Below, piece by piece: positions 55,709-64,000 of a stretch of DNA of 64,000 bases (position 1 is the stretch's first letter; each line of letters begins with the position of its first letter). Below the pieces are notes generated by a model, which did not search any database, was not told the DNA's origin, and saw only the letters and a list, made by a program, of their open reading frames with translations. The position numbers and the translations under genes are program-made. The DNA is from an uncultured Thermoleophilaceae bacterium (GTDB taxonomy: Bacteria > Actinomycetota > Thermoleophilia > Solirubrobacterales > Thermoleophilaceae): NCBI GenBank assembly GCA_963734025.1, contig CAVTFR010000012.1, positions 1,924 to 65,923 of the forward strand, read 5' to 3'.

Positions 55709-56673
55709 GGTGCCGCCACCCTCAGGCGCGCGTGGTCGACGGTCACCGTGGCCGTCGTGACACCGAGCGGGACGGAATCGGCCACGAGCGGCAGCGGCTC
55801 CATCACGCGGGCGAAGCTGGCACTCAGCCGGCGCACACCGCGCCTGCCGATGTGGCGGCCGCGCCGGGCCGCCGCGAGCAGCCATAGGAGCCGTCGCCGC
55901 GTGCGCGCCTCGATCGCGATCGCCTCGAAGCGGCCGTCGGCGGGGTCCGCACCGGGGGCGACCTCGAAGCCGAAGCCGAAGTAGGGCAGGTTCGAGAAGA
56001 AGAGCTGGGCCGCGATCCGCGAGCGCAGCACGCCGCCCGGGAGCCGGACGACCGCGGCGTAGGTGTGAAAGCGCGCCACGGCGCGCAGGAAGGCGCGCGC
56101 CCCCTGGCGCAGGTCCGCGGAGTTGTCCGAGTCGTAGCCGGCGCGCGCCTCGGCCTGGAAGCCGGCACTGACCGACTCGACGGCGTACACGAGGCGGTCG
56201 GGCGTCACGACCCGCAGGGCGTCGAGCGGGCGCGCAGGCCTGCCGGCGGCAACCGAAAGCGCGGCCGCCGGCTCCACCGGGATGCCAAGCGCGCGGGCGA
56301 TGTTGTTGGCGCGGCCGGCCGGCACCAGTGCGAGCTCGGGCAGGCGCTGCAGCGGCGCGTTGGCGGCCGCGTGCAGCGAGCCGTCGCCGCCCACGAGCAC
56401 CACCCGCGTACCGCGCTCGGCCGCCCGCCGCAGCACAGCCCAGAGCTCCTCCTCGCCGGCCGTGACCATCGCCTCGGCGTCGGCGCCGCTCCGGCGGGCG
56501 AGGCCGGCGAGCTCAGCGGCGGTGCGGCGCGGATCCGCGATCCCGCTCGCCTGACCGTTGACGACGATCAGCAGCGGCGCCCGCCGCTTGCTAGCGTCCG
56601 CAGTTCTCGGGCGATGGCTTTCCTGCTCGACCTTGACCGTGCCCTCATCGAGGCCGCTCCGGCCTTCGAGCAC
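55705..56673 (-). CDS. diacylglycerol/lipid kinase family protein (YegS/LCB5-like); start uncertain
   Basis: C-terminal part of ORF 55705..57204 (APLLIVVNGQASG...VVLVGGDGSLHAAAN...VPAGRANNIARALG). The nearest in-frame canonical start upstream of the conserved N-terminus is GTG 56673. That start would overlap the divergent PAP2 gene by 60 nt. Confidence 0.65.
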   Translation of the reverse strand: MLEGRSGLDEGTVKVEQESHRPRTADASKRRAPLLIVVNGQASGIADPRRTAAELAGLARRSGADAEAMVTAGEEELWAVLRRAAERGTRVVLVGGDGSLHAAANAPLQRLPELALVPAGRANNIARALGIPVEPAAALSVAAGRPARPLDALRVVTPDRLVYAVESVSAGFQAEARAGYDSDNSADLRQGARAFLRAVARFHTYAAVVRLPGGVLRSRIAAQLFFSNLPYFGFGFEVAPGADPADGRFEAIAIEARTRRRLLWLLAAARRGRHIGRRGVRRLSASFARVMEPLPLVADSVPLGVTTATVTVDHARLRVAAP

Positions 56674-57153
56674 CCCTGGCTGACTGCCGTCTTCATCGTG
56701 CTCTCCGCGTGGTGGGTCAAGGGGCCGCTGCTCGTGGGGCTTGGGCTGTGCTCCGACCTGCGCCGCCGGCGCCTGCCGCTCGCCTTCGCTGCGGCCGCGG
56801 TTGCCGTGGGTGCCGCGTCGCTCGCGTCCGACCTGCTCAAGCAGGCCTTTGACCGCGCCCGCCCGCCCGAGCTCGATCCCACGCTCGGATCGCTCACGGC
56901 GCTGCCCGACAACGCCTCGTTCCCGTCCGGCCACAGCGCCACCGCCTTCGCGGCCGCCACCGCCGTGGCCATCATCAGCCCGCGCCTGCGCTTCTGGGCG
57001 CTCGGGATCGCCGCCGCCGTGGCGCTCTCGCGGCTCTACCTGCGCGTGCACTTCCCGCTCGACGTCGCGGCCGGGGCCCTGCTCGGCGCCGGCCTCGGCG
57101 CCCTGTGCGCGCTCGTCGCGCTGCGCCTCGTCCGGCCCCCGGCCACCTCCTGA
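56614..57153 (+). CDS. PAP2-family lipid phosphate phosphatase (stand-alone)
   Basis: Inside ORF 56065..57153, ATG at 56614. It has all three PAP2 motifs: KQAFDRARP, FPSGH and SRLYLRVHFPLDV. Confidence 0.75.
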   Translation: MAFLLDLDRALIEAAPAFEHPWLTAVFIVLSAWWVKGPLLVGLGLCSDLRRRRLPLAFAAAAVAVGAASLASDLLKQAFDRARPPELDPTLGSLTALPDNASFPSGHSATAFAAATAVAIISPRLRFWALGIAAAVALSRLYLRVHFPLDVAAGALLGAGLGALCALVALRLVRPPATS

Positions 57154-57261
57154 CCGCAGCCCCCTCTCGATGAGGCGCTGTCGGCTGTTGCGGATCCGTT
57201 CCATCGTTCGAGGGTTATCGAAGTGTTAGCTACCGAGGTTAGTCACCGCTTGGCGTAGGTT

Positions 57262-58302
57262 GTGTGCGCCGTGTCACTCAACTTCGGCGTAACCGTCCTG
57301 CCCGACCCGCCCTATCAGCGCCTGATCGAGCTGCTGCAACTGGCTGAGCGCGAGGGCTTCGAGTACGGCTGGACCTACGACTCGCACGTCCTATGGCAGG
57401 ACTCGATTCCGACGCTGGCGCTGGCCGCGAAGGCAACCGAGCGAATCAAGCTCGGGCACATGGTCACGAACCCCGGCACGCGCGAGCCGACCGTCGTGGC
57501 GAGCGCCTACGCGACGCTCCAGGACATCTCCGAAGGGCGGATGGTGATGGGCATCGGGCGCGGCGACTCGGCGCGGCGCTACATCGGCCAGCAGCCGGTG
57601 AAGGTCGCTCGCTTCGAGGCGGCGCTACGGATGATCAAGCCGTTCATGAACGGCGAGAAGGTGCACTGGAACGACACGGACATCGAGCTCGCCTGGGTGC
57701 GGCCCGAGCTGCCGCCGATCGAGATGCACGTGGCGGGCTACGGGCCGCGGGTGCTAGCGGTGGCGGGACGGGTCGGCGACGGTGTGATCATCCAGCTCGC
57801 CGACCCGGACATCATCCGCTGGACGATGGAGACCGCGCGCGCGGCGGCCGCCGAGGCGGGCCGCGACCCAGCCGCGCTCAAATGCATCGTCTGCGCGCCG
57901 AGCCACATCTCGAACGACCTCACGGCCGCCCGGGAGCAGGTGCGCTGGTTCCCGGCGATGGTGTCGAACCACGTTCGCGACCTGATCGCCCGCTACGGCG
58001 CCGACGGGCAGGTCGTCCCGCGCGCGCTGACCGATTACGTGCCGGCCGAGACGGGCTACGACTACGACGAGCACTCGCGCGTCGGCGCCCGCCACGGCGC
58101 GTTCGTGAGCGACGAGATCTGCGACCGCTTCTGCGTGCTCGGAACGCCCGAGCAGGCCGCCGCGAAGCTGGCCGAGCTCGAATCGATCGGCGTCGACCAG
58201 TTCAACATCTATCTCATGACAGAAGGCCAGGAGCGCACGCTCGAGACCTACGGGCGGGAGATCATCCCGCGCTTCGCCGGCGTGACTGGAGGTACAGAAT
58301 GA
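57262..58302 (+). CDS. LLM-class (putatively F420-dependent) oxidoreductase of the type found next to hydantoinases
   Basis: ORF 57262..58302 (GTG start). FGVTVLPDPPYQRLIELLQLAEREGFEYGWTYDSH...VTNPGTREPTV...MGIGRGDSA. Confidence 0.8.
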   Translation: MCAVSLNFGVTVLPDPPYQRLIELLQLAEREGFEYGWTYDSHVLWQDSIPTLALAAKATERIKLGHMVTNPGTREPTVVASAYATLQDISEGRMVMGIGRGDSARRYIGQQPVKVARFEAALRMIKPFMNGEKVHWNDTDIELAWVRPELPPIEMHVAGYGPRVLAVAGRVGDGVIIQLADPDIIRWTMETARAAAAEAGRDPAALKCIVCAPSHISNDLTAAREQVRWFPAMVSNHVRDLIARYGADGQVVPRALTDYVPAETGYDYDEHSRVGARHGAFVSDEICDRFCVLGTPEQAAAKLAELESIGVDQFNIYLMTEGQERTLETYGREIIPRFAGVTGGTE

Positions 58303-59684
58303 GGACGCTCATCCAGGGCGGAACGGTGGTCGGAGCCGACCACGAGACGAGTGCCGACGTGCTCATCGACGGCGAGGAGATTGCCGCCGTAGGGGCGCTC
58401 GGCGAGGTGGAGGCGGAGGTCGTCGACGCGAGCGGCTGCTACGTCCTGCCCGGCCTGATCGACAACCACACCCACATGGCGATGCCGTTCGGCGGGACGG
58501 TCTCGATCGACAACTACGACACGGGCACGCGCGCAGCCGCGGCCGGGGGCACGACCTGCATCGTCGACTTCGTAATCCAGCAGCACCCGGGCGGCCTGCG
58601 CTCCTCGCTCGAGGAATGGCAGGAGCGCGCCGCCGGCGCCGCGCACGTGGACTACGGCTTCCACGTGGCGATCACCCAGGCCGACGACGCCACGCTCGAC
58701 GACATGGGGCCGATGGTCGAGGAGGGCATCTGCTCGTTCAAGGTCTTCCTCGCCTACAAGGGCGCGATCATGGTCACGGACGACCTGTTCTTCCGCGTGC
58801 TCGAGAACACGCGCGACCTCGGCGCGCTCACGATGGTCCACTGCGAGAACGGCTGGGCGATCGACGTGCTGGTCGAGCGCGCGCTGGCGGCCGGCCAGAT
58901 CGAGCCGATCTACCACGCTCACACTCGGCCGGAGGAGCTCGAGGCCGAGGCGACGAGCCGCTCCGTGCGCTTCGCCGAGCTGACCGGCGCGAGCGTCTAC
59001 ATCGTGCACGTGACCTGCGGCCTCGCTGCCGACGAGATCGCGGCGGGCCAGGCGCGCGGCGTGGACGTCTCGGCAGAGACCTGCCTCCAGTACCTGACCA
59101 ACACGGTCCAGGACCTCGAGCGACCCGACTTCGAGGGAGCGCGCTACGTGTGCTCGCCGCCGCTGCGCGACGCGCATAACCCGGAGCTGTTGTGGGCTGC
59201 GCTGAAGCGCGGCGTGCTTGAGAGCGTCTCGACCGACCACTGCCCGTTCAACAGCGAGCAGAAGGCGCTCGGGCGCGACGACTTCTCGAAGATCCCCAAT
59301 GGCCTCGCGATGATCCAGCACCGGCTCGTCAAGCTGTGGGACCTGGGGGTCGACGGCGGGCGGCTCACGCCCAGCGAGCTCGTCGACCTCACCTCGACCA
59401 CTATCGCCCGCCGCTTCGGGCTGTCGCGGAAGGGTGCCGTGGCGCCCGGTAAGGACGCCGACCTCGTGATCTTCGACCCGGCCACGCCGTTCGAGTTCTC
59501 AACTCGGACCTCGCACATGAACGTCGACTACGACCTGTTCGAGGGCGAGCGCTCCACGGGCAGCGTGCGCCAGACGTACTGCCGCGGCACGCTCGTCTAT
59601 GACCGCGGCGAGATCAAGACGCAGCCCGGGCACGGCCGCTTCGTGCCGCGCTCGCTCGGCGCGCCCGCACCCGTGGCTTCGTGA
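58299..59684 (+). CDS. dihydropyrimidinase / D-hydantoinase
   Basis: The ATG at 58299 overlaps the upstream stop (ATGA). VLPGLIDNHTHM...FKVFLAYKG...MVHCENG...VHV...STDHCPF are the metal ligands and carboxylated-Lys context of cyclic amidohydrolases. Confidence 0.9.
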   Translation: MRTLIQGGTVVGADHETSADVLIDGEEIAAVGALGEVEAEVVDASGCYVLPGLIDNHTHMAMPFGGTVSIDNYDTGTRAAAAGGTTCIVDFVIQQHPGGLRSSLEEWQERAAGAAHVDYGFHVAITQADDATLDDMGPMVEEGICSFKVFLAYKGAIMVTDDLFFRVLENTRDLGALTMVHCENGWAIDVLVERALAAGQIEPIYHAHTRPEELEAEATSRSVRFAELTGASVYIVHVTCGLAADEIAAGQARGVDVSAETCLQYLTNTVQDLERPDFEGARYVCSPPLRDAHNPELLWAALKRGVLESVSTDHCPFNSEQKALGRDDFSKIPNGLAMIQHRLVKLWDLGVDGGRLTPSELVDLTSTTIARRFGLSRKGAVAPGKDADLVIFDPATPFEFSTRTSHMNVDYDLFEGERSTGSVRQTYCRGTLVYDRGEIKTQPGHGRFVPRSLGAPAPVAS

Positions 59685-60932
59685 CGGCTATGGACGCGGA
59701 CCTCGTTCTCGCGGACCTGCGCGAGCTGGCCCGGCTGACCGGCGGGCCCGACGGCGCACGGCGCGTCTGCTGGACGGACGAGTGGGTCAGGGCGCGCGAC
59801 TTCCTACGCTCGCGGCTCGAGGAGCTGCCGGTTGAGATCGAGGTCGATCCTGCCGGCAACCTCTGGGCCGACCTGCCGGGCGACGGCGAGGGCTTCGTGA
59901 TCGTCGGCTCGCACATCGACTCCGTGCCGGCGGGCGGCTGGCTCGACGGCGCGCTCGGGATCCTCAGCGCGGTGGGCGCGCTGCGCGCGCACGCCGATGG
60001 GCGCCCGCCGGTACGCCTGCGGCTCGTCGACTGGGCCGACGAGGAGGGCGCGCGCTTCGGCCGCAGCCTGTTCGGGTCGTCCGCCTGTGCGGGCACGCTC
60101 GAGGTCGACGATGTGCGTGATCTGCGCGACCGCGACGGCGAGCGGCTCGAGGACGTGGTCGCCCGCCACGGCGTCGAACTCGACCGGGTGCACGAGTCCG
60201 GCGGCCCAGCTGCGCGGGGCCTGCGCCTACCTGGAGCTCCACATCGAGCAGGGGCCCGTGCTCGAGAGCCGCGGCGAGCCGGCGGCGACGGTGCTCGGCA
60301 CCTGCGGCGTCGAGCGTCACGTAGCGGTCTTCACGGGCCAGGCCGCGCACGCCGGCGCCACCCCGATGGAGCTGCGCCGCGACAGCTTCGCCGCCACGGC
60401 CCAGGCCGCGCTCGCGATCCGCGAGATCGGCCTCAGCCACGAGGGCGGCGTGTGCACAGTCGGCGGGGCGACGAGCGAGCCGGGCGTCGTCACGGCGGTC
60501 GCGGGCCGGACCGAGATGCTGCTCGACCAGCGCCACCTCGACCCGGACGAGCTCGCCACGATGCTCGCCGAAGCGCGCCAGGCGTGCGAGCAGGCCGCCG
60601 CCGACCAGGGCTGCGAGGTCGAGCTGCGTCACCTGTGGTCGATCCCGCCGATCCCCTTCGATGAGCGCCTGATCGCCTCCGCGCGCGAGGCCGTGCAGGA
60701 ATCGGGCGGCACGGACACCGCCATCCCGAGCGGGCCGCTCCACGACGCCGCCGAGATGGCGCGGCTGATCCCGACCGTGATGATCTTCTCGTCCTCCTCG
60801 CCGCCGGTGTCGCACACGAAGGAGGAGGACACGCCGGAGGCCGACCTGCGCGTGGCGATCGAGGCCTACGGCCGCACCGTCGACGCCACGCTCGGCCGCG
60901 CGGCCGCGGGCGAGCTCACGCCGCACGGGTGA
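59681..60932 (+). pseudogene. N-carbamoyl-amino-acid / allantoate amidohydrolase (M20 family) interrupted by one frameshift
   Basis: ORF 59681..60664 reads well up to ...GVELDRVHESG (GSHIDSVPAGGWLDGALG, WADEEGARFG). The sequence then continues in ORF 59997..60932 from AAQLRGACAYLELHIEQGPVLE...GQAAHAGATPM...HDAAEMA. The break is in the GGCGGCCC run near 60195-60205. It could be a sequencing indel. Confidence 0.8.
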
Positions 60933-62200
60933 GGGCGCTCCAGGAGCAGCTCGAGTACCTCGAGGCCGCGAGCCCGTTCTACCGCGAGCGCCTGCGCGGA
61001 GTGCGCGAGCAGGTGCGCGAGCCGGCCGACCTCGCCCGGCTGCCGTTCACCACCAAGGAGGAGCTGCGCGAGGGCCAGCGCGCGCAACCGCCCTTCGGCC
61101 CCCAGCTGTGCGCCCCGCCCGAGCGACTGGTGCGCATGCATGTGACCTCCGGCACGACAGGCGAGCCGGTGGCGGTCGGCTTCACGCGCGCCGACCACGA
61201 GGCCAACAGCGCGGTCGGCGGCGAGGCGTTCCGGATCGCCGGCGTGCGGCCCGACGACGTGGTCGCGCACTGCCTCAACTACGCCCTCTACGCCGGTGGC
61301 ATCGCCGACCACATGGCGCTCGAGTCGAGCGGCGCGACGGTGGTGCCGGTCGGCACCGGCCAGTCGCGGCGCCTGCTCGACCTGATTCCGCGGCTCGGCA
61401 TCACGGCGCTCTTCGGGACGCTTTCGTTCCCGGCCTACCTGGCCGGGCGGGCGCGCGAGGAAGGCATCGAGCCGCGCGAGCTCGGGCTGCGTCACATCGT
61501 CACCGCCGGCGAGCCGGGCGCGGGGCTCGCCGCCGTCCGCGCGGAGATCGAAGAGGCCTGGGGCGCGAGCGTGGCGGACACGTTCGGCATGTCCGACGTC
61601 TGGTCGACGATGGGCGGCGCTTGCGGCGAGGGCGAGGGCCTCCACCTGACCACCGCCGGGCACGCTGTACCCGAGCTGGTCGACCCGGTCAGCGGCGAGT
61701 CCCTGCCGCTCGAGGACGGGGCGGGCGGCGAGCTGGTCTGGACGCACCTGAGGCGCGAGGCCTCGCCGCTCCTGCGCTACCGCTCCGGCGACCTCGCGCA
61801 GGTCTGGACGTCGCCCTGCAGCTGTGGCCGCGAATCGCTGCGCATCCGCGTCGACGGACGCCGCGACGACATGTTGCGCGTCCAGGCTGTGAACGTCTAC
61901 CCGCAGGCGATCGCCGCTCTGCTGGAGGCCGATGCCCGCTTCGGCCGCCACTGCGTGGTCGCCCACGGCGACCCCGTCGTGCCACCGGTCGAGGTCTACG
62001 TCGAGGCGGCGCGGGAGGTCGAGCTCGACGGCCTCGCCCAGCGCCTCCACGAGGCGCTGCGGGTGCGCTTCGCGGTCACGCGCCTCGACCCCGGCTCTCT
62101 GCCCGTGGCCGAGCAGAAGACACGCATCATCCACCGGACCGCACGCGGCGACGAGCTGCCGCCTGCGGTCGAGAGCCTGAGGAGAGAGACAGCCCCATGA
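60929..62200 (+). CDS. phenylacetate-CoA ligase-like (PaaK / F390-synthetase family) adenylate-forming enzyme
   Basis: ORF 60929..62200. The GTG overlaps the upstream stop (GTGA). LPFTTKEELRE...MHVTSGTTGEP...YRSGDL...GRRDDML. Confidence 0.8.
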   Translation: MRALQEQLEYLEAASPFYRERLRGVREQVREPADLARLPFTTKEELREGQRAQPPFGPQLCAPPERLVRMHVTSGTTGEPVAVGFTRADHEANSAVGGEAFRIAGVRPDDVVAHCLNYALYAGGIADHMALESSGATVVPVGTGQSRRLLDLIPRLGITALFGTLSFPAYLAGRAREEGIEPRELGLRHIVTAGEPGAGLAAVRAEIEEAWGASVADTFGMSDVWSTMGGACGEGEGLHLTTAGHAVPELVDPVSGESLPLEDGAGGELVWTHLRREASPLLRYRSGDLAQVWTSPCSCGRESLRIRVDGRRDDMLRVQAVNVYPQAIAALLEADARFGRHCVVAHGDPVVPPVEVYVEAAREVELDGLAQRLHEALRVRFAVTRLDPGSLPVAEQKTRIIHRTARGDELPPAVESLRRETAP

Positions 62201-62952
62201 CCGTGACCACGAGCGATCAGGGCGCCGCGAGGGTCGTCAGCTGGGACCGCCAGGAGCGCCGCAACGCCTGGGACCTCGAGACGATGACCCAGGTCGCCGA
62301 TGCCGTGGAGGCGGCGGGCGCCGACGCGGCGGTCCGCTGCGTCGTCCTGCGTGGCGCCGGCGAGCACTTCTCCGCGGGCGACGACCTGCAGGCGGCGATC
62401 GAGGCCGACAGCAGCGCCTGGGCGGCCACGATCGAGGCGTTCCAGCGCATGACCCGCGTCGTCCTCGCCAGCCCGCTGCCCGTGATCGCGGCGGTGGACG
62501 GCGTCTGCGTGGGCGGCGCTCTCGAGTTCGCGGCGAGCTGTGACGTCCGCCTCTGCACCGACCGCATCCGCGTGCTCACCCCGGAGGTCGGCATCGGTCT
62601 CGTGGCAAGCAACGCCGGCACGCTCTTCCTTCCGGAGGTACTCGGCGAGACCGGGGCCCGCGAGCTGCTGCTCGGCGGGCAGGAACGCGACGCTGCCTGG
62701 GCGCGGAAGCGCGGCTTCGCCACGGAGATGGTCGCGCCCGACGAGCTCGACGCGCGCATCGCCCACTGGGCCGAGGTCTTCGCGGGCAACTCCCGCGACG
62801 CCCTCGCGGCGACGAAGGCGATGCTGAACGAGCGCTTCGGCGATCTGGTCGGCGCGGCAATGGAGCGCGAGACGCACCACTGCGTGCGCCTCTTCGACGA
62901 GCCCGACGCGCGGACGGCGCTCGGCGAGTTCGCGAATCGCCGCCGGGTCTAG
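62197..62952 (+). CDS. enoyl-CoA hydratase/isomerase (crotonase) family protein
   Basis: The ATG at 62197 overlaps the upstream stop (ATGA). VVLRGAGEHFSAGDDL...IAAVDGVCVGGALEFAASCDVR. Confidence 0.85.
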   Translation: MTVTTSDQGAARVVSWDRQERRNAWDLETMTQVADAVEAAGADAAVRCVVLRGAGEHFSAGDDLQAAIEADSSAWAATIEAFQRMTRVVLASPLPVIAAVDGVCVGGALEFAASCDVRLCTDRIRVLTPEVGIGLVASNAGTLFLPEVLGETGARELLLGGQERDAAWARKRGFATEMVAPDELDARIAHWAEVFAGNSRDALAATKAMLNERFGDLVGAAMERETHHCVRLFDEPDARTALGEFANRRRV

Positions 62953-63446
62953 ACGACGTACTCCATCAGCAGCTCGTCCTCCCACTCGCCCCTGACCTCG
63001 TTGAGGTTCGACCTGCGCGTGACGCCGACCGCGCGAAAGCCGACCTTCTCGTAGACGCGGATCGCGCGCACGTTGTCGACCGCGGTCGAGAGCGTGATCC
63101 GGTGGTGGCCGCGCTCCTCGGTCAGGTGCCGCACGATCAGCCGCATCGCCTCCGTGCCGAGGCCGCGGCCCTGGTGCTCGGGGCCGAGGAAGATGTCCAC
63201 GTCCGCGTAGCGGCTGCCGGGATCGGTCTCCTCCCAGAACTGGATTGCGCCGACCGGCTCGCCGTCCACGGTGATCGCGAAGCGCTCGATGTCGGGCTCG
63301 GGCCCGAGCGGCCAGTTGTCGGGAGGCGGGTCCCACCAGCGCGCCACCTCAGGATCGGCACGGAGCTCGCGCAGGCGCTCGGCATGCTCGGGCCGGACCG
63401 GCTCGACCTGGAGTCGCCCACCGCTCACCGGGTACCTTGAAGACAT
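62949..63446 (-). CDS. GNAT family N-acetyltransferase
   Basis: Inside ORF 62949..63611, ATG at 63446. EHQGRGLGTEAMRLIVRHL...AVDNVRAIRVYEKVGF. Confidence 0.8.
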   Translation of the reverse strand: MSSRYPVSGGRLQVEPVRPEHAERLRELRADPEVARWWDPPPDNWPLGPEPDIERFAITVDGEPVGAIQFWEETDPGSRYADVDIFLGPEHQGRGLGTEAMRLIVRHLTEERGHHRITLSTAVDNVRAIRVYEKVGFRAVGVTRRSNLNEVRGEWEDELLMEYVV

Positions 63447-64000
63447 GGCCGACAACGTAAACCGACTGCTAGAGATCGAGGCCTTCGGGCAGGCGATCTG
63501 GATCGACAACCTGAACCGCCAGCTGCTCGACGACGGCGGGCTCGAGCGGCTGATCGCCGAGGACGGCCTCACCGGCGTGACTTCGAACCCCACCATCTTC
63601 GAGAAGGGCATGGGCCACTCGGACCGCTACGACGACGCCTTCCGCGAGGCCGCCCGCGAGACGGACGACCCGCAGGAGATCTTCGAGCGGCTCGCCTACG
63701 AGGACGTCCGCGACGCGGCCGACCTGCTGCGGCCCGTGTTCGAGGAGACGAAGGGTCAGGACGGCTACGTCTCCTTCGAGCTGCCGGCGTCGCTCGCCTT
63801 CGACAGCGAGGGCTCGGTCGCCGAGGCTCAGCGGCACCGTGAGGCGATCGACCGTCCGAACGTGCTGATCAAGGTGCCCGGCACCGAGCCGGGCGTGCGC
63901 GCGTTCTGTGAACTCACCGCGCTCGGGGTCAACGTGAACGTCACGCTCCTGTTCGCCGTGCAGCGCTACCGCGAGATCGCGGAGGCGTTCCTGCGCGGGC
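63445..64000 (+). CDS. tal: transaldolase (actinobacterial long type), 3' end cut by the window
   Basis: My own translation from the ATG at 63445 reads MADNVNRLLEIEAFGQAIWIDNLNRQLLDDGGLERLIAEDGLTGVTSNPTIFEKG...GYVSFELPA...NVLIKVPGT. It is absent from the ORF track because no stop occurs before the window end. Confidence 0.85.
   Translation, partial: MADNVNRLLEIEAFGQAIWIDNLNRQLLDDGGLERLIAEDGLTGVTSNPTIFEKGMGHSDRYDDAFREAARETDDPQEIFERLAYEDVRDAADLLRPVFEETKGQDGYVSFELPASLAFDSEGSVAEAQRHREAIDRPNVLIKVPGTEPGVRAFCELTALGVNVNVTLLFAVQRYREIAEAFLRG

Overview
This is a 64-kb, very GC-rich window. Gene content (NucS, several F420-type LLM oxidoreductases, many TetR/MarR/LuxR regulators, GGDEF/EAL/HD-GYP signalling proteins) indicates Actinomycetota. 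A Thermoleophilia/Solirubrobacterales-like organism is only a guess.

The window has three parts.

(1) 1-7.3 kb holds a three-gene operon with an HExxH metalloprotease-like protein, a multiply frameshifted DHA2 MFS pseudogene, a STAS-like gene and an MFS/cNMP-binding fusion.

(2) About 7.3-29.5 kb is a decayed accessory region that ends at a tRNA-Ser(CGA). It contains:
- a frameshifted tyrosine integrase and an excisionase-like HTH gene
- two tail-to-tail IS3-family elements and one IS110-family element
- an AbiGi-like pseudogene
- three paralogues of a Cys-rich zinc-ribbon gene in different states of decay
- duplicated gene fragments
- a tandem pair of 185-bp elements with terminal inverted repeats
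- a TetR + alpha/beta-hydrolase cassette bracketed by 163-bp inverted repeats

(3) 29.6-64 kb is core-like and densely coding: PAS-GGDEF-EAL, tadA, S8 peptidase, USP, LuxR regulator, AI-2E transporter, PlsC, nucS, P450, msrA, NUDIX, GGDEF/HD-GYP, YceH, and MFS/MarR. It also has a translationally coupled lipid kinase / MFS-GT2-PAP2 fusion / LLM cluster, a translationally coupled LLM-hydantoinase-carbamoylase-CoA ligase-crotonase operon, and a transaldolase gene cut by the window end.

No rRNA genes or CRISPR arrays were seen. All product calls come from motif recognition by eye on the supplied ORF translations; no database search was run. Start codons are often uncertain because the ORF track uses ATG, GTG and TTG starts. 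Several genes need frameshifts to read through, which could be real decay or assembly indels.
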